A DNA stretch of 39,119 nucleotides from Candidatus Omnitrophota bacterium (GTDB lineage Bacteria; Omnitrophota; Gorgyraeia; Aquiviventales; Aquiviventaceae), in contig JAHFGY010000007.1 in the NCBI GenBank assembly GCA_023247195.1, positions 1 through 39,119 of the forward strand, read 5' to 3'. Each line of letters opens with the position of its first letter. Positions within the stretch are counted from its first letter, which is position 1. The notes beneath the pieces are model-generated. The model ran no database searches. It saw nothing but the letters and a program-made list of their open reading frames with translations, and was not told the DNA's origin. Position numbers and translations under genes: made by a program. Positions 8,622-17,824 of the stretch are shown here, piece after piece.

Positions 8622-8962
8622 GCCTTTCCTGCCTCTTCTGCCGGATCGCCAAGCGCGAAATACCGGCGGAGTTTCTCGAAGAAACCGACGATTTTGTCGC
8701 GTTCAAGGATACGAATCCCCAAGCGCCTCAGCATATCCTGATCATCCCTCGCGAGCATATCGGCTCGTTGTCAGATGCCGCTGATTCCCACGCACCTTTG
8801 CTCGGCCGAGGGCTCATGCTCGCGCCCAAGCTCGCAAAGCGCTTTGGCCTGGAAACCGGCTTCCGCGTGGTGATCAACTCCGGCGCGCAAGCAGGTCAAA
8901 CCGTTTTTCACCTGCACATCCATGTTCTGGGCGGCCGTACGTTTCGGTGGCCCCCGGGATGA
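8618..8962 (+). CDS. hinT: Histidine triad (HINT-type) nucleotide-binding protein
   Basis: CLFCRI, DTNPQAPQH, GQTVFHLHIHVLGG, WPPG terminus. Confidence 0.95.
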   Translation: MSLSCLFCRIAKREIPAEFLEETDDFVAFKDTNPQAPQHILIIPREHIGSLSDAADSHAPLLGRGLMLAPKLAKRFGLETGFRVVINSGAQAGQTVFHLHIHVLGGRTFRWPPG

Positions 8963-9309
8963 GCAGTTCCCGCCAGCCCGAGCGACGTCGCGCGGTTCGT
9001 GTACCGCAGCGCGTTTCGCTCTCCATCGTCAACCCGCGTGAAGTGATCAAAGCCGAGACGCTCGACCTGAGCGCTTCCGGCGTTTACTGCACCTTGAGTA
9101 AGTTCGTGCCCGTGATGTCAAAGCTCGATCTGCATTTTGCCCTGCCGAATGATGCCGGCTCGATCCACTGCACCGGCGTGATTGTCCGTGTCGACCCGCC
9201 GAACGCTCAGCCCGGCCGCGACAACTACGAAGCGGCAATTTTCTTTTCCGACCTTCCCGAGAAAGATCGTCACGCGATCGAAACCTTTGTGCAATCCCGT
9301 TTGGCTTAA
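8959..9309 (+). CDS. Stand-alone PilZ-domain protein
   Basis: ERRRAVR and DLSASG c-di-GMP-binding motifs; ATGA overlap with HIT. Confidence 0.85.
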   Translation: MSSSRQPERRRAVRVPQRVSLSIVNPREVIKAETLDLSASGVYCTLSKFVPVMSKLDLHFALPNDAGSIHCTGVIVRVDPPNAQPGRDNYEAAIFFSDLPEKDRHAIETFVQSRLA

Positions 9310-9314
9310 CCCGC

Positions 9315-10037
9315 ATGCGCACGGGCGTCTTTGCTCACCGCGGGGCCTCGGCCGTGGCTCCTGAAAGCACCGCTTCCGCCATCACCGAAGCGGTCCGCTG
9401 CCGTGCGGATATGATCGAACTGGATGTTCAACTCTCCGCGGACGGACGGCTGGTCATCTTTCATGACGACCGGTTGGACCGCACGACCAACGGCCGCGGA
9501 TTGCTCAGCCGCGCTCCTTACCGGGAATTGGCCCGCTTGGATGCCGGCGCTTGGTTCCATCCTCGATTTGCGGGCCAGCGCATCTTGCTGGCTTCACAGG
9601 TTCTGGCGCTCGTGCCCAAGTCAATCCGCATCAATTTTGAGCTCAAGCGGACGCCGCGGAAGCAGCTCCTGATCGAAACCATCCGCCGGCTTTTGACCCG
9701 CCACCACGCTTGGTCGCGCGTCCTGATCTCCTCATTCGACAAGGATCTCATCCTTCCTTTAAAGGGCACAGCGGCGCGCCTGGCATTGATCACGCGCCAT
9801 CAAGCGGACGCTGGGCTATCACTTGCTATTGAAGCTAAGCTCAATGCATGGCATCCTTTCCATATGTTGCTTAATTCAGCTCGCTTGCAACGCGCGCATG
9901 CCGCGGGTTTGCGCGTGCATGCCTGGACCGTGGACACAGCCGCTCAAGCCGAGAAGCTGATTCGGCTCGGAGTAGACGGTCTCTTTACGAACGACCCGCT
10001 GCGATTGCGCAGCCGGCTGAGGATGAATCGGCCATGA
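9315..10037 (+). CDS. Glycerophosphodiester phosphodiesterase (UgpQ/GlpQ family), cytoplasmic
   Basis: AHRGAS..APE, IELDVQLSADG, HDDRLDRTT, ISSFD, WTVD, GVDGLFTNDP. Confidence 0.93.
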   Translation: MRTGVFAHRGASAVAPESTASAITEAVRCRADMIELDVQLSADGRLVIFHDDRLDRTTNGRGLLSRAPYRELARLDAGAWFHPRFAGQRILLASQVLALVPKSIRINFELKRTPRKQLLIETIRRLLTRHHAWSRVLISSFDKDLILPLKGTAARLALITRHQADAGLSLAIEAKLNAWHPFHMLLNSARLQRAHAAGLRVHAWTVDTAAQAEKLIRLGVDGLFTNDPLRLRSRLRMNRP

Positions 10038-12265
10038 GTTTGACCGAGTTCCCGAATCCAAAGGACAAGGCCGGCTTACTCCGCCGCATTCCTGTTTTTT
10101 CCTCCTGCACCGACCAGCAGCTTTCGTTGATCGCCGAGCGCACGCGCCTCCTCGAGGTTAAAAAAGGCGAATACGTTTACCGGGAAGGCGAGACCGCGGA
10201 CGCGCTGTACATCGTCGTGTCGGGCCGCATGCGCGTGCTCGCCCGATCCGGTAACCAGGAAGTAACGCTCGCCACGCTGCATAACGACGACTCCTTCGGC
10301 GAGATCTCGCTCCTGACCGGCGAGACCCACTCAGCCAGCATGCAGGCGGTCAATGACACGCTCATTCTGCAATTGGAAAAAGCCGATTTCGACGATGTCA
10401 TCAACCGGATTCCTTCGCTCGTCCTGCACTTGAGCCGGCTGCTTTCCAAGCGACTGCGGCTGCGCGAACGCGACGGCGCTTTTCCTGAGGCAACGATCGT
10501 TTCGGTCTACAGCGCTGCTCCCGAAGTCGGCTGTACTTTGCTGGCCGCGTGCTTGGCTGCGAGCCTTCGCCGGGAAACAGGCAGAGCCACGGTGATCGTT
10601 GATCTCGTGAATGAGGAAGGCGCGGATCCTTTGCTCTACGACGGCGCGACCGCCGTAACCGGCGCCGAGGCTTTGGATCTGCCGGTTGAAATGGCGGCCA
10701 TGTTTCGTCCGCACGTACTCGAGCATCCGCTGGGTTTTCACTTGGTCCCGGCCGGCCACCTGCGGCGCCTGCCGCGCGGAGAAGAGCTTGTCGCTCCGCT
10801 GCTGAGCGCGCTCACCAAACGCTACGGCTATATCCTGCTTGACCTGCCATCCGAGCTCTCGCCCGCGGTTTTCAAATCGCTGACCCAATCGGATCAGATC
10901 TATTTCGTCACTGATCCCGACCCGGACGGCGTCACGCGCACGAAAGCGCTGCTCGAGCGTATGCGCGAAACCGTGTCCGTCGGGCTGGGGCAACCGGTCA
11001 AATTGGTGTTCAACCGCAGACGCGATCCGGATAGCGAGCACCCACCGGAAGCGGCGCTTGGCCTGGCCGACGTCGCAACCCGGCTCGAGCGATTGATCGA
11101 CTACGTATTGCCTCACGTGGATTTCCCCACCCAGGAAGCTTCACGCCAGGACGTACAAGACATGTTGGAGAAGCAAGAATCACTCTATGCGCTCACGGTT
11201 CGCCGCATGGCGCGCGAGCTCAGCGGACGGCTGGTCGGCCTGGCTCTTGGCTCCGGCGCGGCGCTTGGCCTGGCACACATTGGCATTCTCAAAGTCCTTG
11301 AGCGCGAAAAAATCCCAATAGACATGGTGGCAGGAACCAGCATCGGCTCTCTGGTCGGCGGGCTTTGGGCCGCCGGCATCCCGGCCGCCGATCTGGAAAA
11401 GATGGCCATGCGCTTCAAAAGAGGATGGGAATTCCGACAACTTTTTATCTTGGACGTGGGTCCTCCTTTTCCCAGCCTGCTGTTTGGAGCGGCGGTCGGC
11501 GCGCTTCTATACTTTTTTACCGGATTTTGGGTAGCCCTTTTCTTCGGGATTCAGGCAAGTCTCATCGTGGGCCTTTTGCTTGGGCCCTTGGCGGGCGGCC
11601 CGATCCGCGGCGTGAACCTCATGCGCCGCATTGAAGAAGATTTCGGCGGCCGGCGCTTTGAAGACACGCGCATTCCCCTGAGAGTGGTTGCCGCGAACCC
11701 GATTTCGCGCGAGGAAGTGATCTTCGACTCCGGTCCGATCGCGGATGCGGTGCGCGCCTCGGTTTCCATTCCGGGAATCTTCAAGCCGGTCATCCGCAAG
11801 GGCAAGCTCTGCCTCGATGGTGGTATCCTGAATCCCGTACCTGTAAACGTACTCAAGCGCGCTGGCGTTCACCGTGTTATCGCGGTCAATGTTTTTCCGA
11901 CCGGAACCGAACTGGCCCAAACGCTCGAGGAAGCTCGGCTGCGCCGGGAGGAGAAAGACGCTCAACTGGCCACGCGTTCGTTCCTGATTCGTCTTTTTGC
12001 GTGGCTCCGCCAAGAAATTATCCGATCGGTTTCTCCGCTGGTCTTTGACGTGATCATGCGCTCGATGCAGACCATGGAGCACCAGATCGCCGAGGTGGCT
12101 TGCCTCCAGGCTGATTTAACCCTCCGTCCGACCGTGCCCGGTTCGCATTGGCTGGAGTTCTTCCACCCCGAGAAGTTCATTCAAAAGGGAGAAGAAACCG
12201 CGCTGCAACATCTGCCGGAAATCCGCCGCATCGCCGGGGTGCGGGACGTTGACATTTCATCGTGA
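10034..12265 (+). CDS. Cyclic-nucleotide-binding domain + degenerate P-loop domain + patatin phospholipase (NTE/RssA-like)
   Basis: N-terminal CNB (LYIVVSG, FGEISLL), MinD/CpaE-like middle (VSVYSAAPEVGCT, YILLDLP), patatin GSGAALG, GTSIG, DGG; hydrophobic insert inside the patatin domain. Confidence 0.88.
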   Translation: MSLTEFPNPKDKAGLLRRIPVFSSCTDQQLSLIAERTRLLEVKKGEYVYREGETADALYIVVSGRMRVLARSGNQEVTLATLHNDDSFGEISLLTGETHSASMQAVNDTLILQLEKADFDDVINRIPSLVLHLSRLLSKRLRLRERDGAFPEATIVSVYSAAPEVGCTLLAACLAASLRRETGRATVIVDLVNEEGADPLLYDGATAVTGAEALDLPVEMAAMFRPHVLEHPLGFHLVPAGHLRRLPRGEELVAPLLSALTKRYGYILLDLPSELSPAVFKSLTQSDQIYFVTDPDPDGVTRTKALLERMRETVSVGLGQPVKLVFNRRRDPDSEHPPEAALGLADVATRLERLIDYVLPHVDFPTQEASRQDVQDMLEKQESLYALTVRRMARELSGRLVGLALGSGAALGLAHIGILKVLEREKIPIDMVAGTSIGSLVGGLWAAGIPAADLEKMAMRFKRGWEFRQLFILDVGPPFPSLLFGAAVGALLYFFTGFWVALFFGIQASLIVGLLLGPLAGGPIRGVNLMRRIEEDFGGRRFEDTRIPLRVVAANPISREEVIFDSGPIADAVRASVSIPGIFKPVIRKGKLCLDGGILNPVPVNVLKRAGVHRVIAVNVFPTGTELAQTLEEARLRREEKDAQLATRSFLIRLFAWLRQEIIRSVSPLVFDVIMRSMQTMEHQIAEVACLQADLTLRPTVPGSHWLEFFHPEKFIQKGEETALQHLPEIRRIAGVRDVDISS

Positions 12266-12288
12266 CGTCAGTACGATGAAGTTTCATC
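12249..12288 (+). promoter_or_regulatory. Sigma70 promoter with overlapping inverted repeats ahead of the beta-oxidation genes
   Basis: TTGACA (12249-12254), 17 bp, TACGAT (12272-12277); IRs TTCATCGT/ACGATGAA and GATGAA-GT-TTCATC. Confidence 0.65.
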
Positions 12289-13482
12289 ATGCTGAGTGAC
12301 ATTGTCATTGTCGACGGCGTCCGAACGCCTCAAGGTATTTTCGGCGGCGCGCTGCGCCAAATGACCGCGCAGGATCTCGGCGAGACCGCGGTTCGCGCGC
12401 TGCTGGCCCGCACCAACCTCAAACCCTCTGAAATTGGCGAAACCATCCTCGGATGCGTCGGGCAGGGATCCGACGCCCCGAATATCGCGCGTGTCGTGGC
12501 GCTTCGCGCGGGCGTTCCCATGCAGGTTCCGGCATTCACGGTTCAACGCAATTGCGCATCCGGCTTGCAAGCCATTGTGAGTGCGTACCAAAATATCCGG
12601 TGCGGCGATCGCGATATCCAGATCGCGGGCGGCACGGAGTGCATGAGCGCCGCGCCTTATGTCAGCCGGGATTTGCGCTGGGGCAAGCGGCTGCGCCATT
12701 CGGAAATGATTGACTCGGTCTGGGAAGGCCTCACAGACCCGGTCTGCGGCCAAGTCATGGGACGCACCGCCGAGAATTTGGTTGAAGAATTCGGCCTCAC
12801 CCGCGCGGACCAAGACCGCTTCGCGATTCTTTCTCACCAGCGGGCTTTCCGCGCGACGCGCGAGGGTCGCTTCAAAGACGAGCTGACGCCGATCATGATC
12901 CCCAAGCGCGCCATGGGAAAGGACCTGCCGCCTGAGCCCTTCACGCAAGACGAGGGCATCAACCCCGCGCTCAATGAGCAAATGTTGACCCAGTACCCGG
13001 CCGTATTTAAGGAAGGCGGCACGGTTACTCCTGGCAACGCCTGCTTCAACGCCGATGGCGCCGCGGCGGTGCTTGTCATGTCCGCCGATCAAGCCACCGC
13101 GCTTGGCTACACCCCGCTTGCCGCGATCCGCGCGTACGCGTTCGCGGGCCTTGAGCCGCAGCGCATGGGCCTGGGCCCGACGCTCGCGATCCCTTCCGCT
13201 CTCAAGAAAGCAGGCCTATCACTCAAGGATGTCGGGCTGTTTGAGATCAATGAAGCGTTCGCCGCCACCTACCTTGCCTGCGAAAAAGTGCTCGGCAACA
13301 ACCGGGACATCACCAATGTCAATGGAGGCGCTATTGCCTTGGGACACCCGGTCGGCGCCAGCGGCTGCCGCATCGTCGTCACGCTGCTTCATGAAATGAA
13401 GCGCCGCAAGATCGGCATCGGCGTCGCATCCGCCTGCGTCGGCGGAGGCCAGGGCGCCGCGATCGTGTTGGAGCAGGTTTAA
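12289..13482 (+). CDS. fadA: Acetyl-CoA C-acyltransferase (thiolase)
   Basis: NCASG catalytic Cys, NEAFA, GGAIALGHPVGASG, CVGGGQG. Confidence 0.95.
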   Translation: MLSDIVIVDGVRTPQGIFGGALRQMTAQDLGETAVRALLARTNLKPSEIGETILGCVGQGSDAPNIARVVALRAGVPMQVPAFTVQRNCASGLQAIVSAYQNIRCGDRDIQIAGGTECMSAAPYVSRDLRWGKRLRHSEMIDSVWEGLTDPVCGQVMGRTAENLVEEFGLTRADQDRFAILSHQRAFRATREGRFKDELTPIMIPKRAMGKDLPPEPFTQDEGINPALNEQMLTQYPAVFKEGGTVTPGNACFNADGAAAVLVMSADQATALGYTPLAAIRAYAFAGLEPQRMGLGPTLAIPSALKKAGLSLKDVGLFEINEAFAATYLACEKVLGNNRDITNVNGGAIALGHPVGASGCRIVVTLLHEMKRRKIGIGVASACVGGGQGAAIVLEQV

Positions 13483-14709
13483 ATGTATATCTACAAGGCG
13501 GCCGTTGTCGGCGCCGGCACCATGGGCGCGGAAATCGCGCAAACCATCAGCTTCAGCGGCATCCCGGTGCTGCTTAAAGACGTTGACCGAGCGCGCGTCG
13601 AGCAGGGCTTGGCTACTGTCCGCAAAATTTATCAGCGCCGCGTTGACCGCGGAAAAATGACTGTCGATGAGATGGAGTCCAAGCTCACGATGGTGCAGGG
13701 AGCGACCGATTACAGCGGTTTCAAAGATGTGGACCTCGTTGTGGAGGCCGTGCCTGAGAAACTCGCGCTGAAGCAGCAAATTTTCCGCGAACTGGACGAG
13801 GCGCTTCCGCAGAACGCTATTCTTGCTTCGAACACATCCTCCTTATCGATCTCCGCGCTCGGCGGCGCAACCAAGCGGCCGCATCAAGTGGTTGGCATGC
13901 ATTTCTTTTATCCCGCGCACATCATGAAATTGGTTGAGGTCATCCCTGGGCTTGAAACATCCGAGGAAGTCGTTGCCGATACCATCGCTTTTTCCGAAAG
14001 CCTGCGCAAGCTGCCGATCCGCGTCAACGAATGCGCCGGATTCCTGGTGAATCGGATCTTGATGCCGTACCTGAACGAGGCGGCGTTTTGCCTTCAAGAG
14101 GGAGCCGCGTCGCTTCGCGAGATCGACGATGCCATGGTCTCTTTCGGCTTTCCCATGGGACCGTTCACGCTCGTCGACAACCTCGGCTTTGACGTATGCG
14201 CCGAAGTGGTAAAAATTTTGATGGATGCTTTCGGCGGCCGCATGGCGCCTGCGCCGATTTGGGCGCGCATGGCTGAATTGAAACGCCTGGGCGTAAAGTC
14301 AGGCGCGGGCTTCTATCAATACGGCGACCGCAGCGGCCAGCCCGACCCGGATCTGGACAAAGTCCTCGCGTCGTTCAAGGCAACAGCCAACAAGAAGCCG
14401 ACTCCTTTTTCCGTGCACCGGCTGGTGCTTCCCATGATCAACGAAGCGATCCGCTGCCTGGAAGAGCATGTTTGCACCGCAGCCGACGTGGATCTCGCGG
14501 TGATCGCCGGGCTTGGTTTTCCCCAAGCAAAGGGCGGGATCTTGCATTACGCCGATGAAGTCGGTTTGCCGAAAGTTCTCTCGGAATTAGAAGGGCTTGT
14601 TCAAATACACGGCGAGCGTTTCTGGCCGTCGCCGCTGCTCAAGCGCAAGATAGCCGCCGGCCATGCGGGCGTGTCCGCTAAAAAGGGATTTTTCGACTAC
14701 ACCAGTTAG
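13483..14709 (+). CDS. 3-hydroxyacyl-CoA dehydrogenase with duplicated C-terminal domain
   Basis: GAGTMG, EAVPE, SNTSS, GMHFF, GFLVNR, PMGPF; second C-domain (MINEA...GFP..GG). Confidence 0.93.
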   Translation: MYIYKAAVVGAGTMGAEIAQTISFSGIPVLLKDVDRARVEQGLATVRKIYQRRVDRGKMTVDEMESKLTMVQGATDYSGFKDVDLVVEAVPEKLALKQQIFRELDEALPQNAILASNTSSLSISALGGATKRPHQVVGMHFFYPAHIMKLVEVIPGLETSEEVVADTIAFSESLRKLPIRVNECAGFLVNRILMPYLNEAAFCLQEGAASLREIDDAMVSFGFPMGPFTLVDNLGFDVCAEVVKILMDAFGGRMAPAPIWARMAELKRLGVKSGAGFYQYGDRSGQPDPDLDKVLASFKATANKKPTPFSVHRLVLPMINEAIRCLEEHVCTAADVDLAVIAGLGFPQAKGGILHYADEVGLPKVLSELEGLVQIHGERFWPSPLLKRKIAAGHAGVSAKKGFFDYTS

Positions 14710-14718
14710 GAGAGGCGC

Positions 14719-15510
14719 ATGCCGCTGACGTCCGGGGAGCATGTCAAAGTCACGGTTGAAGACCGTATCGCTATTGTCACGATCGATCATCGTCCCGTAA
14801 ATGCCCTGAATCGCAAAACGATTGAAGAGCTCAAGCGCGGCGCGGAGGAATGGCGCCAGGATCCGGCTGTGAAAGTGGTAATCCTAACAGGCGCTGGCTC
14901 GCTCGCCTTTGTCGCCGGCGCGGACATCAAGGAAGTGTCTGAGCTCAAATCCTCGGCAGATGCAAAAGCCATGGCCTCGCTGGGCCAGCAGGTTTTTCTC
15001 GCGATCCAGCGCCTCGGCAAACCCGTGATCGCGGCTATCAACGGCGTATGCCTCGGCGGCGGCTGCGAATTAGCCATGGCCTGCCACCTTCGGATCAGCG
15101 GCGATCGCGCGCGCTTCGGCCAACCGGAGATCGGCCTGGGCATTATCCCGGGTTGGGGCGGCACCCAGCGCTTGCCGCGCCTTATCGGCAAAACAAAAGC
15201 CATGGAATGGATCCTGACCGGCGATGTTTACTCCGCTCAGGAAGCGCTTCGCCTCGGTCTTGTGAATCAAGTGGTCCCGCAGGACCAAGTGCTCAAGGCC
15301 GCTAAAGACCTTGCCCGCAAACTGGCAGGTAAGAGCGCGGTGGCGCTCAGCCAATGTCTGCGCGCTATAGAGGAAGGCCTCGAACTGCCGCTTGAAGCCG
15401 GTCTTGCCAAAGAAGCGGACGCTTTTTCGAACGTTGCCAACAGCGAAGACAGCCGGGAGGGGGTTCGGGCGTTCGTTGAAAAACGCCAACCTAAATTCGC
15501 CGATCGCTGA
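14719..15510 (+). CDS. Enoyl-CoA hydratase (crotonase family)
   Basis: FVAGADIKE, GGGCELA, GQPEI..GIIPGWGGTQRL, EGVRAFVEKR; SD AGGAG. Confidence 0.94.
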   Translation: MPLTSGEHVKVTVEDRIAIVTIDHRPVNALNRKTIEELKRGAEEWRQDPAVKVVILTGAGSLAFVAGADIKEVSELKSSADAKAMASLGQQVFLAIQRLGKPVIAAINGVCLGGGCELAMACHLRISGDRARFGQPEIGLGIIPGWGGTQRLPRLIGKTKAMEWILTGDVYSAQEALRLGLVNQVVPQDQVLKAAKDLARKLAGKSAVALSQCLRAIEEGLELPLEAGLAKEADAFSNVANSEDSREGVRAFVEKRQPKFADR

Positions 15511-15547
15511 CTTTCACCCGCTGATAGGCAAGGGGTCGCCCGAGGCT

Positions 15548-17356
15548 TTGGAAATCACCGAAGCCGCTCGCGAAACCGAGTGGCATTACCCGAGTTTTGT
15601 GGCCGATCTCTTTCTCGGGAAGCTCCGTACAGACTTGCTTCTGCCTTTCCCCGAACAATCGCCCGCCGACCGCGAGATCGGTGACGCCTTCCTTAAAAGC
15701 CTTGAAGCGTTTCTCAAGGCTCATGTCGACCCGGATGAAATCGACCGCACCGGCCAGATCCCGCCGGAAACCCTCGCTGGCCTTGCGCGCCTCGGTTGCT
15801 TCGGCATGAAGATCCCCAAAGAATATGGGGGATTGGGTTTCTCCCAAACCAACTACAGCCGCGCGATCCAGCTCATCGGCAGCTACTGCGGCTCGACCAC
15901 GGTCTGGCTAAGCGCTCACCAGAGCATCGGCGCCCCGCAGCCTCTGATGCTTTTCGGCACTGAGGAACAGAAGCGACGGTACCTGCCAAAACTCGCGCAG
16001 GGCACGATTTCCGCCTTTGCGCTCACCGAGCTGGACGCCGGGTCAGACCCGGCCGGAATGTCGACCACCGCCGTACCGGTCGACAACGGCGAAGCCTACG
16101 TGATCAACGGGCAAAAACTCTGGTGCACGAACGGCCCTGTGGCCGAAGTGCTGATCGTCATGGCGCGCACGCCGTCGCTGACCGTAGGCGGCCGAGAGAA
16201 AAAACAGATCACGGCGTTTCTAGTCGAGCGTTCCGCGCCGGGATTCGAAGTCGTGCATCGCTGCGACTTCATGGGGCTTAAGGGCATTCAAAACGGTGTG
16301 ATCCGCTTTACGAACGTCCGCGTGCCCAAGCAGAACATTGTTTGGGGCTTGGGCATGGGGCTAAAGCTTGCGCTCACCACCCTGAATGCCGGACGCATCG
16401 CGATTCCCGCGGCCAGTGTGGGCACCGCCAAACGCTGTTTGCAGATCGTGCGCGGCTGGGCCAATGAGCGCAAGCAATGGGGCGGCCCGATCGGCACCCA
16501 TGAGGCTGTCTCCTCTAAGATCAGCCGCATGGCCGCGGAAACGTTTGCCATGGAAGCCATGGTTGAGCTGACATCCGAACTGGTCGGCCGCAAAACCATC
16601 GACATCCGCCTGGAAGCCGCCATGGCCAAGCTCTATTGCTCCGAGCTCTGCTGGCGCATCGTGGACGACACGGTGCAGATCCGCGGCGGCCGAGGCTATG
16701 AAACAGCTAACTCTCTGCGGGGCAGAGGAGAGGCTCCGATTCCGGTGGAACGCATGCTGCGCGACTCCCGCATCAACCTGATCATTGAAGGCACATCTGA
16801 AATCATGCACCTTTTTATCGCTCGCGAAGCTCTGGACGCCCACATGCGGCGGCTGAACCGCTTGCTGGACCCGCGGCTGTCGATTCCGAAGCGTGCAAGC
16901 GCTTTGCTCAAGATGGGCTGGCACTACGCGCGGTGGTACCCCAGGCTGTACCTGCCTTCCTTTGGTCTGAGTGTTCCGGGAAACCTGCATGCTACCCTGC
17001 GCTCTCACCTGCGTTTTGCGCAGCGCACAAGCCGCCGATTGGCGCGCAAACTGTTCCATGGCGCCATGCGCCACCAAGCCAAGCTGGCTTATCGCCAGCA
17101 ATTGCTCAGCCGGCTTGTGGACGTCGGCGCCGAACTATTCGCCATCAGCGCGGTCTGCGCCCGCGCGCAGTCCTATCAACAAGGCGACACCTATCCACAG
17201 GCGCTTGAGCTTGCCGACTTTTTCTGCCGCCAATCGCGCAGAAAGATAGCCGGCCTCTTCCGCCAGCTTGAAGACAATGACGATCGCTTCTCAACCCGGC
17301 TCGCCAAAGCCGTGCTGGCCGGAGAAGCCCGCTGGCTGGAGCGCGGCATTTTATAA
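15548..17356 (+). CDS. Acyl-CoA dehydrogenase, long (VLCAD/ACAD9-like) form; start codon uncertain
   Basis: IPKEYGGLG, FALTE..AGSD, NGQKLWCTNG, RKQWG, GGRGY, IIEGTSEI; no ATG near the 5' end (TTG 15548 or ATC 15503 possible). Confidence 0.92.
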   Translation: MEITEAARETEWHYPSFVADLFLGKLRTDLLLPFPEQSPADREIGDAFLKSLEAFLKAHVDPDEIDRTGQIPPETLAGLARLGCFGMKIPKEYGGLGFSQTNYSRAIQLIGSYCGSTTVWLSAHQSIGAPQPLMLFGTEEQKRRYLPKLAQGTISAFALTELDAGSDPAGMSTTAVPVDNGEAYVINGQKLWCTNGPVAEVLIVMARTPSLTVGGREKKQITAFLVERSAPGFEVVHRCDFMGLKGIQNGVIRFTNVRVPKQNIVWGLGMGLKLALTTLNAGRIAIPAASVGTAKRCLQIVRGWANERKQWGGPIGTHEAVSSKISRMAAETFAMEAMVELTSELVGRKTIDIRLEAAMAKLYCSELCWRIVDDTVQIRGGRGYETANSLRGRGEAPIPVERMLRDSRINLIIEGTSEIMHLFIAREALDAHMRRLNRLLDPRLSIPKRASALLKMGWHYARWYPRLYLPSFGLSVPGNLHATLRSHLRFAQRTSRRLARKLFHGAMRHQAKLAYRQQLLSRLVDVGAELFAISAVCARAQSYQQGDTYPQALELADFFCRQSRRKIAGLFRQLEDNDDRFSTRLAKAVLAGEARWLERGIL

Positions 17357-17406
17357 AGTTGCATTTCTGACCCGCTGTCAGGCATTATCATAGGAAGTTA
17401 ACAATT

Positions 17407-17808
17407 ATGGATAAACAGGTTACAGCAGGTAAGAAAATCCTGGTTGTCGATGATGATCAGGCCATGTTGCTCTCGGTTGAGCAGCGCCTCAAGAGCTGGG
17501 GGCTGACCGTCTTCACCTCTTCTACCGGAGAAGACGCGTTGCGCCTTGCCAAGGAGCACGTGCCGCACTTGATTCTTTTGGACATCATGCTTCCCCGGAT
17601 GAAGGGCAGGGAGGTCTGCGACAAGCTCAAAGCTGATCCATCGACCAAGGCCATCCCGGTTATCTTTTTGACCGCTCTTGGCCTTGCGGACCATATCCGT
17701 GCCGGCATGAATCTCGGAGCCGATGATTACTTGGTCAAACCGTTCGATCCCGAAAGCCTGAAAGAGCGCATCGAGGTCTGCCTGATGCGCCAAGGACCCG
17801 CAAAGTAA
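17407..17808 (+). CDS. Single-domain response regulator (receiver)
   Basis: ILVVDDD, LDIMLP (phospho-Asp), FLTA, YLVKPF. Confidence 0.92.
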   Translation: MDKQVTAGKKILVVDDDQAMLLSVEQRLKSWGLTVFTSSTGEDALRLAKEHVPHLILLDIMLPRMKGREVCDKLKADPSTKAIPVIFLTALGLADHIRAGMNLGADDYLVKPFDPESLKERIEVCLMRQGPAK

Positions 17809-17824
17809 GCAAGGAGAGCCGCCT

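Noticed and set aside
10034-12265. Patatin as a CBASS/Pycsar-type anti-phage effector
   Set aside because: No nucleotide cyclase or other defence genes nearby; the context is lipid catabolism
17367-17381. Short inverted repeat CTGAC-N5-GTCAG and TATCAT (17386-17391) before the receivers
   Set aside because: Only a 5-bp stem with no U-tract and no well-spaced -35; cannot be supported as a terminator or promoter
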